Origin: Eledone cirrhosa
Taxonomy: Eukaryota
Length of the DNA stretch: 64,000 nucleotides
Direction of reading: 5' to 3'
Assembly: GCA_964016885.1 (NCBI GenBank)
Contig: OZ024745.1
Coordinates: forward strand, 5,642,001-5,706,000
Positions 1 through 13,499 of the stretch are shown piece by piece (position 1 is the stretch's first letter; every line of letters starts with the position of its first letter). Made by a program: the position numbers and the translations under genes. The notes under the pieces are model-generated. The model did not search any database, had not been told where the DNA came from, and saw nothing but the letters and a program-made list of their open reading frames with translations.

Positions 1-29
1 ACATTTGGTCGTTATAAACTTTGACAACT

Positions 30-3000
30 TTTGGTCGTTATAAACTATGACAACATTTGGTCGTTATAAACTATCACTACATACATTTGGTCGTTATAAA
101 CTACGACAACCTTTGGTCGTTATAAACTATGGCAACACTTGGTCGTTATAAACTATGACAACATACATTTTGTCGTTATAAACAATGACAACATTTGGTG
201 GTTATAAACAATGACAACATTTGATCGTTATAAACTATGACAACATTTGGTCGTTATAAACTATGGCAACACTTGGTCGTTATAAACTATGACAACATAC
301 ATTTCGTCGTTATAAACTATGACAACATTTGGTCGTTATAAACTATGACAACATACATTTAGTCGTTATAAACTATGACAACATTTGGTCGTTATAAACT
401 ATGACAACATACATTTAGTCGTTATAAACTATGACAACATTTGGTCGTTATAAACTACGACAACATACATTTGGTCATTATAAACTATGAGAACATTTGG
501 TCGTTATAAACTATGGCTACACTTGGTCGTTATAAACTATGACAACATACATTTTGTCGTTATAAACTATGACAACATTTGGTCGTTATAAACTATGACA
601 GCATTTGGTCGTTATAAACTATGACAACATACATTTGGTCGTTATAAACTATGACAACATACATTTGGTCGTTATAAACAATGACAAGATTTGGTCGTTA
701 TAAACTATGACAACGTTTGATCGTTATAAACTATGACAACATACATTAGGTCGTTATAAACTATGGCAACACTTGGTCGTTATAAACTATGACAATAGAA
801 ATTAGGTCGTTATAAACTATGACAACATTTGGTCGTTATAAACTATGACAACATACATTTGGTCGTTATAAACTGGCAACATTTGGTTGTTATAAACTAT
901 GACAACATACATTTGGTCGTTATAAACAATGACAACATTTTGTCGTTATAAACAATGACAACATTTGATCGTTATAAACTATGAGAACATATGGTCGTTA
1001 TAAACTATGACAACATTTGATCGTTATAAACTATGAGAACATTTGGTAGTTATAAACTATGACAACATTTGATCGTTATAAACTATGAGAACATTTGGTC
1101 GTTATAAACAATGACAACATTTGATCGTTATAAACTATGACAACATACATTTGGTCGTAATAAACTATGACAACAGTTGATCGTTATAAACTATGAGAAC
1201 ATTTGGTCGTTATAAACTATGACAACGTTTGGTCGTTATAAACTATCACAACATACATTTGGTCGTTATAAACTATGACAACATTTGGTCGTTATAAACT
1301 ATGACAATATACATTAGGTCGTTATAAACTATGACAACATTTGGCCGTTATAAACTATGACAAAGTACATTTGGTGGTTATAAACTATGGCAACATTTGA
1401 CCGTTATAAACTATGACAACATTTGGTCGTTATAAACTATGACCACATACATTTGGTCGTTATAAACTATAAAAACATTTGGTCGTTATAAACTATGACA
1501 ACATTTGGTCGTTATAAACTATGGCAACATTCGGTCGTTATAAACTATGACAACATACATTTGGTCGTTATAAACTATGGCAACATACATTTGGTCGTTA
1601 TAAACTATGACAACATTTGGTCGTTATAAACTATGACAACATACATTTGGTCGTTATAAACTATGACAACATACATTTGGTCGTTATAAACTATGACAAC
1701 ATACATTTGGTCGTTATAAACTATGGCAACATACATTTGGTCGTTATAAACTATGACAACATACATTTGGTCGTTATAAACTATGACAACATACATTTGG
1801 ACGTTATAAACTATGACAACATTTGGTCGTTATAAACTATGACAACATACATTTGGTCGTTATAAACTATGACAACATAAATTTGGACGTTATAAACTAT
1901 GACAACAGACATTAGTTCGTTATAAACTATGACAACATTTGGTCGTTATAAACTATGACAACATACATTTGGTCGTTATAAACTATGACAACATACATTT
2001 GGTCGTTATAAACTATGACAACATTTGGCCGTTATAAACTATGACAACATTTGGTCGTTATAAACTATGACAACTTTTGGTCGTTATAAACTATGACAAC
2101 ATACATTTGGTCGTTATAAACTATGACAACATTTGGTCGTTATAAACTATGACAACATTTGGTCGATATAAATTATGACAACATTTGATCGTTATAAACT
2201 ATGACAACATACATTTGGTCGTTATAAACTATGGCAACATACATTTGGTCGTTATAAACTATGACAACATACATTTGGTCGTTATAAACTATGACAACAT
2301 ACATTTGGTCGTTATAAACTATGACAACATTTGGTCGTTATAAACTATGACAACATACATTTGGTCGTTATAAACTATGACAACATACATTTGGACGTTA
2401 TAAACTATGACAACATACATTAGTTCGTTATAAACTATGACAACATTTGGTCGTTATAAACTATGACAACATACATTTGTTCGTCATAAACTATGACAAC
2501 ATTTGGTCGTTATAAACTATGACAACATTTGGTCGTTATAAACTATGACAACATTTGGTCGTTATAAACTATGACAACATACATTTAGTCCTTATAAACT
2601 ATGACAACATTCGGCCGTTATAAACTATGACAACATTTGGTCGTTATAAACTATGACAACTTTTGGTCGTTATAAACTATGACAACATTTGGTCGTTATA
2701 AACTATCACTACATACATTTGGTCGTTATAAACTACGACAACCTTTGGTCGTTATAAACTATGGCAACACTTGGTCGTTATAAACTATGACAACATACAT
2801 TTTGTCGTTATAAACAATGACAACATTTGGTGGTTATAAACAATGACAACATTTGATCGTTATAAACTATGACAACATTTGGTCGTTATAAACTATGGCA
2901 ACACTTGGTCGTTATAAACTATGACAACATACATTTCGTCGTTATAAACTATGACAACATTTGGTCGTTATAAACTATGACAACATACATTTAGTCGTTA

Positions 3001-4800
3001 TAAACTATGACAACATTTGGTCGTTATAAATTATGACAACATACATTTAGTCGTTATAAACTATGACAACATTTGGTCGTTATAAACTACGACAACATAC
3101 ATTTGGTCATTATAAACTATGAGAACATTTGGTCGTTATAAACTATGGCAACACTTGGTCGTTATAAACTATGACAACATACATTTTGTCGTTATAAACT
3201 ATGACAACATTTGGTCGTTATAAACTATGACAGCATTTGGTCGTTATAAACTATGACAACATACATTTGGTCGTTATAAACTATGACAACATACATTTGG
3301 TCGTTATAAACAATGACAAGATTTGGTCGTTATAAACTATGACAACGTTTGATCGTTATAAACTATGACAACATACATTAGGTCGTTATAAACTATGGCA
3401 ACACTTGGTCGTTATAAACTATGACAATAGAAATCAGGTCGTTATAAACTATGACAACATTTGGTCGTTATAAACTATGACAACATACATTTGGTCGTTA
3501 TAAACTGGCAACATTTGGTTGTTATAAACTATGACAACATACATATGGTCGTTATAAACAATGACAACATTTTGTCGTTATAAACAATGACAACATTTGA
3601 TCGTTATAAACTATGAGAACATATGGTCGTTATAAACTATGACAACATTTGATCGTTATAAACTATGAGAACATTTGGTAGTTATAAACTATGACAACAT
3701 TTGATCGTTATAAACTATGAGAACATTTGGTCGTTATAAACAATGACAACATTTGATCGTTATAAACTATGACAACATACATTTGGTCGTAATAAACTAT
3801 GACAACAGTTGATCGTTATAAACTATGAGAACATTTGGTCGTTATAAACTATGACAACGTTTGGTCGTTATAAACTATCACAACATACATTTGGTCGTTA
3901 TAAACTATGACAACATTTGGTCGTTATAAACTATGACAATATACATTAGGTCGTTATAAACTATGACAACATTTGGCCGTTATAAACTATGACAAAGTAC
4001 ATTTGGTGGTTATAAACTATGGCAACATTTGACCGTTATAAACTATGACAACATTTGGTCGTTATAAACTATGACCACATACATTTGGTCGTTATAAACT
4101 ATAAAAACATTTGGTCGTTATAAACTATGACAACATTTGGTCGTTATAAACTATGGCAACATTCGGTCGTTATAAACTATGACAACATACATTTGGTCGT
4201 TATAAACTATGGCAACATACATTTGGTCGTTATAAACTATGACAACATTTGGTCGTTATAAACTATGACAACATACATTTGGTCGTTATAAACTATGACA
4301 ACATACATTTGGTCGTTATAAACTATGGCAACATACATTTGGTCGTTATAAACTATGACAACATACATTTGGTCGTTATAAACTATGACAACATACATTT
4401 GGACGTTATAAACTATGACAACATTTGGTCGTTATAAACTATGACAACATACATTTGGTCGTTATAAACTATGACAACATAAATTTGGACGTTATAAACT
4501 ATGACAACAGACATTAGTTCGTTATAAACTATGACAACATTTGGTCGTTATAAACTATGACAACATACATTTGGTCGTTATAAACTATGACAACATACAT
4601 TTGGTCGTTATAAACTATGACAACATTTGGCCGTTATAAACTATGACAACATTTGGTCGTTATAAACTATGACAACTTTTGGTCGTTATAAACTATGACA
4701 ACATACATTTGGTCGTTATAAACTATGACAACATTTGGTCGTTATAAACTATGACAACATTTGGTCGATATAAATTATGACAACATTTGATCGTTATAAA
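30..4800 (+). repeat. HOR copy pair at 2632-bp offset (about 30-2200 vs 2660-4800)
   Basis: Markers CTATCACTAC at 71/2703, GACAATAGAA at 791/3423 and AACTGGC at 871/3503 are all 2632 apart, as are ORF starts 1617/4249. The offset falls to 2602 after loss of one 30-mer (GGTCGATATA at 2161/4763). Confidence 0.92.
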
Positions 4801-7800
4801 CTATGACTACATACATTTGGTCGTTATAAACTATGACAACATTTGGTCGGTATAAACTATGACAACATACATTTGGACGTTATAAACTATGCCAACTTTT
4901 GGTCGTTATAAACTATGACAACATACATTTCGTCGTTATAAACTATGACAACATTTGGTCGTTATAAACTATGACAACATACATTTGGTCGTTATAAATT
5001 ATGACAACATTTGGTCGTTATAAACTATGAGAACAAACATTTGGTCGTTATAAACTATGACAACATACATTAGGTCGTTATAAAGTATCACAACATTTCG
5101 TCGTTATAAACTATGACAACATTTGGTTGTTATAAACTATGACAACATACATTTGGTCGTTATAAACTATGGCAACATTTGGTTGTTATAAACTATGACA
5201 ACATACATCTGGCCGTTATAAACTATGACAACATACATTTGGTCATTATAAACTATGAGAACATTTGGTCGTTATAAACTATGGCAACACTTGGTCGTTA
5301 TAAACTATGACAACATACATTTGGTCATTATAAACTATGAGAACATTTGGTCGTTATAAACTATGGCAACACTTGGTCGTTATAAACTATGACAACATAC
5401 ATTTTGTGGTTATAAACTATGACAACATTTGGTCGTTATAAACTATGACAGCATTTGGTCGTTATAAACTATGACAACATACATTTGGTCGTTATAAACT
5501 ATGACAACATACATTTGGTCGTTATAAACAATGACAAGATTTGGTCGTTATAAACTATGACAACGTTTGATCGTTATAAACTATGACAACATACATTAGG
5601 TCGTTATAAACTATGGCAACACTTGGTCGTTATAAACTATGACAATAGAAATTAGGTCGTTATAAACTATGACAACATTTGGTCGTTATAAACTATGACA
5701 ACATACATTTGGTCGTTATAAACTGGCAACATTTGGTTGTTATAAACTATGACAACATACATTTGGTCGTTATAAACAATGACAACATTTTGTCGTTATA
5801 AACAATGACAACATTTGATCGTTATAAACTATGAGAACATATGGTCGTTATAAACTATGACAACATTTGATCGTTATAAACTATGAGAACATTTGGTAGT
5901 TATAAACTATGACAACATTTGATCGTTATAAACTATGAGAACATTTGGTCGTTATATACAATGACAACATTTGATCGTTATAAACTATGACAACATACAT
6001 TTGGTCGTAATAAACTATGACAACAGTTGATCGTTATAAACTATGAGAACATTTGGTCGTTATAAACTATGACAACGTTTGGTCGTTATAAACTATCACA
6101 ACATACATTTGGTCGTTATAAACTATGACAACATTTGGTCGTTATAAACTATGACAATATACATTAGGTCGTTATAAACTATGACAACATTTGGCCGTTA
6201 TAAACTATGACAAAGTACATTTGGTGGTTATAAACTATGGCAACATTTGACCGTTATAAACTATGACAACATTTGGTCGTTATAAACTATGACCACATAC
6301 ATTTGGTCGTTATAAACTATAAAAACATTTGGTCGTTATAAACTATGACAACATTTGGTCGTTATAAACTATGGCAACATTCGGTCGTTATAAACTATGA
6401 CAACATACATTTGGTCGTTATAAACTATGGCAACATACATTTGGTCGTTATAAACTATGACAACATTTGGTCGTTATAAACTATGACAACATACATTTGG
6501 TCGTTATAAACTATGACAACATACATTTGGTCGTTATAAACTATGACAACATACATTTGGTCGTTATAAACTATGGCAACATACATTTGGTCGTTATAAA
6601 CTATGACAACATACATTTGGTCGTTATAAACTATGACAACATACATTTGGACGTTATAAACTATGACAACATTTGGTCGTTATAAACTATGTCAACATAC
6701 ATTTGGTCGTTATAAACTATGACAACATAAATTTGGACGTTATAAACTATGACAACAGACATTAGTTCGTTATAAACTATGACAACATTTGGTCGTTATA
6801 AACTATGACAACATACATTTGGTCGTTATAAACTATGACAACATACATTTGGTCGTTATAAACTATGACAACATTTGGCCGTTATAAACTATGACAACAT
6901 TTGGTCGTTATAAACTATGACAACTTTTGGTCGTTATAAACTATGACAACATACATTTGGTCGTTATAAACTATGACAACATTTGGTCGTTATAAACTAT
7001 GACAACATTTGGTCGATATAAATTATGACAACATTTGATCGTTATAAACTATGACAACATACATTTGGTCGTTATAAACTATGGCAACATACATTTGGTC
7101 GTTATAAACTATGACAACATACATTTGGTCGTTATAAACTATGACAACATACATTTGGACGTTATAAACTATGACAACATTTGGTCGTTATAAACTATGA
7201 CAACATACATTTGGTCGTTATAAACTATGACAACATACATTTGGACGTTATAAACTATGACAACATACATTAGTTCGTTATAAACTATGACAACATTTGG
7301 TCGTTATAAACTATGACAACATACATTTGTTCGTCATAAACTATGACAACATTTGGTCGTTATAAACTATGACAACATTTGGTCGTTATAAACTATGACA
7401 ACATTTGGTCGTTATAAACTATGACAACATACATTTAGTCCTTATAAACTATGACAACATTCGGCCGTTATAAACTATGACAACATTTGGTCGTTATAAA
7501 CTATGACAACTTTTGGTCGTTATAAACTATGACAACATTTGGTCGTTATAAACTATCACTACATACATTTGGTCGTTATAAACTACGACAACCTTTGGTC
7601 GTTATAAACTATGGCAACACTTGGTCGTTATAAACTATGACAACATACATTTTGTCGTTATAAACAATGACAACATTTGGTGGTTATAAACAATGACAAC
7701 ATTTGATCGTTATAAACTATGACAACATTTGGTCGTTATAAACTATGGCAACACTTGGTCGTTATAAACTATGACAACATACATTTCGTCGTTATAAACT

Positions 7801-9960
7801 ATGACAACATTTGGTCGTTATAAACTATGACAACATACATTTAGTCGTTATAAACTATGACAACATTTGGTCGTTATAAACTATGACAACATACATTTAG
7901 TCGTTATAAACTATGACAACATTTGGTCGTTATAAACTACGACAACATACATTTGGTCATTATAAACTATGAGAACATTTGGTCGTTATAAACTATGGCA
8001 ACACTTGGTCGTTATAAACTATGACAACATACATTTTGTCGTTATAAACTATGACAACATTTGGTCGTAATAAACTATGACAGCATTTGGTCGTTATAAA
8101 CTATGACAACATACATTTGGTCGTTATAAACTATGACAACATACATTTGGTCGTTATAAACAATGACAAGATTTGGTCGTTATAAACTATGACAACGTTT
8201 GATCGTTATAAACTATGACAACATACATTAGGTCGTTATAAACTATGGCAACACTTGGTCGTTATAAACTATGACAATAGAAATTAGGTCGTTATAAACT
8301 ATGACAACATTTGGTCGTTATAAACTATGACAACATACATTTGGTCGTTATAAACTGGCAACATTTGGTTGTTATAAACTATGACAACATACATTTGGTC
8401 GTTATAAACAATGACAACATTTTGTCGTTATAAACAATGACAACATTTGATCGTTATAAACTATGAGAACATATGGTCGTTATAAACTATGACAACATTT
8501 GATCGTTATAAACTATGAGAACATTTGGTAGTTATAAACTATGACAACATTTGATCGTTATAAACTATGAGAACATTTGGTCGTTATAAACAATGACAAC
8601 ATTTGATCGTTATAAACTATGACAACATACATTTGGTCGTAATAAACTATGACAACAGTTGATCGTTATAAACTATGAGAACATTTGGTCGTTATAAACT
8701 ATGACAACGTTTGGTCGTTATAAACTATCACAACATACATTTGGTGGTTATAAACTATGGCAACATTTGACCGTTATAAACTATGACAACATTTGGTCGT
8801 TATAAACTATGACCACATACATTTGGTCGTTATAAACTATAAAAACATTTGGTCGTTATAAACTATGACAACATTTGGTCGTTATAAACTATGGCAACAT
8901 TCGGTCGTTATAAACTATGACAACATACATTTGGTCGTTATAAACTATGGCAACATACATTTGGTCGTTATAAACTATGACAACATTTGGTCGTTATAAA
9001 CTATGACAACATACATTTGGTCGTTATAAACTATGACAACATACATTTGGTCGTTATAAACTATGGCAACATACATTTGGTCGTTATAAACTATGACAAC
9101 ATACATTTGGTCGTTATAAACTATGACAACATACATTTGGACGTTATAAACTATGACAACATTTGGTCGTTATAAACTATGACAACATACATTTGGTCGT
9201 TATAAACTATGACAACATAAATTTGGACGTTATAAACTATGACAACAGACATTAGTTCGTTATAAACTATGACAACATTTGGTCGTTATAAACTATGACA
9301 ACATACATTTGGTCGTTATAAACTATGACAACATACATTTGGTCGTTATAAACTATGACAACATTTGGCCGTTATAAACTATGACAACATTTGGTCGTTA
9401 TAAACTATGACAACTTTTGGTCGTTATAAACTATGACAACATACATTTGGTCGTTATAAACTATGACAACATTTGGTCGTTATAAACTATGACAACATTT
9501 GGTCGATATAAATTATGACAACATTTGATCGTTATAAACTATGACTACATACATTTGGTCGTTATAAACTATGACAACATTTGGTCGGTATAAACTATGA
9601 CAACATACATTTGGACGTTATAAACTATGCCAACTTTTGGTCGTTATAAACTATGACAACATACATTTCGTCGTTATAAACTATGAGAACATTTGGTCGT
9701 TATAAACTATGACAACATACATTTGGTCGTTATAAATTATGACAACATTTGGTCGTTATAAACAATGAGAACAAACATTTGGTCGTTATAAACTATGACA
9801 ACATACATTAGGTCGTTATAAAGTATCACAACATTTCGTCGTTATAAACTATGACAACATTTGGTTGTTATAAACTATGACAACATACATTTGGTCGTTA
9901 TAAACTATGGCAACATTTGGTTGTTATAAACTATGACAACATACATCTGGCCGTTATAAA
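460..9960 (+). repeat. 4850-bp tandem block duplication (about 460-5220 vs 5310-9960), each block holding two HOR copies
   Basis: TTGGTCATTA at 471/5321, GACAATAGAA at 791/5641 and 3423/8273, CTATCACTAC at 2703/7553 and ORFs 1605/6455 are all 4850 apart. The offset becomes 4738 after a 112-bp deletion near 8740 (4763/9501, CATCTGG 5206/9944, ORFs 4249/8987). Confidence 0.93.
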
Positions 9961-12850
9961 CAATGACAACATTTGGTCGTTATAAACTATGACAACATTT
10001 GATCGTTATAAACTATGAGAACATTTGGTCGTTATAAACAATGACAACATTTTCGTTATAAACTATGAGAACATTTGGTCGTTATAAACTATGACAACAT
10101 TTGATCGTTATAAACTATGACAACATACATTTGGTCGTTATAAACTATGACAACATTTGATCGTTATAAACTATGAGAACATTTGGTCGTTATAAACTAT
10201 GACAACATTTGGTCGTTATAAACTATCACAACATACATTTCGTCGTTATAAACTATGACAACATTTGGTCGTTATAAACTATCACAATATACATTAGGTC
10301 GTTATAAACTATGACAACATTTGGTCGTTATGAACTATGACAACGTACATTTGGTGGTTATAAACTAGGGCAACATTTGGTCGTTATAAACTATGACAAC
10401 ATTTGATCGTTATAAACTATGACAACATTTGGTCGTTATAAACTATGACCACATACATTTGGTCGTTATAAACTATAACAACATTTGGTCGTTATAAACT
10501 ATGACAACATTTGGTCGTTATAAACTATGACAACATTTGGTCGTTATCAACTATGACAACATACATTTGGTCGTTATAAACTATGAAAACATTTGGTCGT
10601 TATAAACTATGACAATATACATTAGGTCGTTATAAACTATGACAACATTTGGCCGTTATAAACTATGACAAAGTACATTTGGTGGTTATAAACTATGGCA
10701 ACATTTGACCGTTATAAACTATGATAACATTTGGTCGTTATAAACTATAACCACATACATTTGGTCGTTATAAACTTTAAAAACATTTGGTCGTTATAAA
10801 CTATGACAACATTTGGTCGTTATAAACTATGGCAACATTCGGTCGTTATAAACTATGACAACATACATTTGGTCGTTATAAACTATGGCAACATACATTT
10901 GGTCGTTATAAACTATGACAACATACATTTGGTCGTTATAAACTATGACAACATACATTTGGTCGTTATAAACTATGACAACATACATTTGGTCGTTATA
11001 AACTATGGCAACATACATTTGGTCGTTATAAACTATGACAACATTTGGCCGTTATAAACTATGACAACATACATTTGGTCGTTATAAACTATGACAACAT
11101 ACATTTGGTCGTTATAAACTATGACAACATACATTTGGTCGTTATAAACTATGACAACATACATTTGGACGTTATAAACTATGACAACATTTGGTCGTTA
11201 TCAACTATGACAACATACATTTGGTCGTTATAAACTATGACAACATACATTTGGACGTTATAAACTATGACAACATACATTAGTTCGTTATAAACTATGA
11301 CAACATTTGGTCGTTATAAACTATGACAACATACATTTGTTCGTTATAAACTATGACAACATTTGGTTGTTATAAACTATGACAACATACATTTGGCCGT
11401 TATAAACAATGACAACATTTGGTCGTTATAAACAATCACAACATTTGATCGGTATAAACTATGAGAACATTTGGTCGTTATAAACTATGACAACATTTGA
11501 TCGTTATAAACTATGAGAACATTTGGTCGTTATAAACAATGACAACATTTTCGTTATAAACTATGAGAACATTTGGTCGTTATAAACTATGACAACATTT
11601 GATCGTTATAAACTATGAGAACATTTGGTCGTTATAAACAATGACAACATTTGATCGTTATAAACTATGACAACATACATTTGGTCGTTATAAACTATGA
11701 CAACATTTGATCGTTATAAACTATGAGAACATTTGGTCGTTATAAACTATGACAACATTTGGTCGTTATAAACTATCACAACATACATTTCGTCGTTATA
11801 AACTATGACAACATTTGGTCGTTATAAACTATCACAATATACATTAGGTCGTTATAAACTATGACAACATTTGGTCGTTATGAACTATGACAACGTACAT
11901 TTGGTGGTTATAAACTAGGGCAACATTTGGTCGTTATAAACTATGACAACATTTGATCGTTATAAACTATGACAACATTTGGTCGTTATAAACTATGACC
12001 GCATACATTTGGTCGTTATAATCTATAACAACATTTGGTCGTTATAAACTATGACAACATTTGGTCGTTATAAACTATGACAACATTTGGTCGTTATCAA
12101 CTATGACAACATACATTTGGTCGTTATAAACTATGAAAACATTTGGCCGTTATAAACTATGACAAAGTACATTTGGTGGTTATAAACTATGGCAACATTT
12201 GACCGTTATAAACTATGACAACATTTGGTCGTTATAAACTATGACCACATACATTTGGTCGTTATAAACTTTAAAAACATTTGGTCGTTATAAACTATGA
12301 CAACATTTGGTCGTTATAAACTATGGCAACATTCGGTCGTTATAAACTATGACAACATACATTTGGTCGTTATAAACTATGGCAACATACATTTGGTCGT
12401 TATAAACTATGACAACATTTGGTCGTTATAAACTATGACAACATACATTTGGTCGTTATAAACTATGACAACATACATTTGGTCGTTATAAACTATGACA
12501 ACATACATTTGGTCGTTATAAACTATGGCAACATACATTTGGTCGTTATAAACTATGACAACATTTGGCAGTTATAAACTATGACAACATACATTTGGTC
12601 GTTATAAACTATGACAACATACATTTGGTCGTTATAAACTATGACAACATACATTTGGACGTTATAAACTATGACAACATTTGGTCGTTATCAACTATGA
12701 CAACATACATTTGGTCGTTATAAACTATGACAACATACATTTGGACGTTATAAACTATGACAACATACATTAGTTCGTTATAAACTATGACAACATTTGG
12801 TCGTTATAAACTATGACAACATACATTTGTTCGTTATAAACTATGACAAC
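9960..12850 (+). repeat. ~1.5-kb tandem block duplication
   Basis: TAAACTAGGG at 10361/11911 and TCGTTATCAA at 10541/12091 give offset 1550. TAAACTTTAA at 10771/12265 gives 1494 and TCAACTATGA at 11201/12691 gives 1490. Confidence 0.88.
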
Positions 12851-13499
12851 ATTTGGTCGTTATAAACTATGACAACATTTGGTGGTTATAAACTATGACA
12901 ACATTTGGTCGTTATAAACTATGACAACATTTGGCCGTTATAAACTATGACAACATTTGGTCGTTATAAACTATGACAACTTTTGGTCGTTATAAACTAT
13001 GACAACATACATTTGGTCGTTATAAACTATGACAACATACATTTGGTCGTTATAAACTATGACAACATTTGGTCGTTATAAACTATGACAACATTTGGTC
13101 GTTATAAACTATGACAACATTTGATCGTTATAAACTATGACAACATACATTTGGTCGTTATAAACTATGACAACATTTGGTCGGTATAAACTATGACAAC
13201 ATACATTTGGACGTTATAAACTATGCCAACTTTTGGTCGTTATAAACTATGACAACATACATTTCGTCGTTATAAACTATGGCAACATTTGGTCGTTATA
13301 AACTTTGACAACTTTTGGTCGTTATAAACTATGACAACATACATTTGGTCGTTATAAATTATGACAACATTTGGTCGTTATAAACTATGAGAACAAACAT
13401 TTGGTCGTTATAAACTATGACAACATACATTAGGTCGTTATAAACTATCACAACATTTGGTCGTTATAAACTATGACAACATTTGGTCGTTATAAACTA

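Noticed and set aside
930-1230. Compensatory covariation supporting a conserved RNA or DNA hairpin (ncRNA)
   Set aside because: The commonest linked pair of changes converts a G:C pair into an A:G mismatch, so it is not compensatory. No ncRNA call is supportable.
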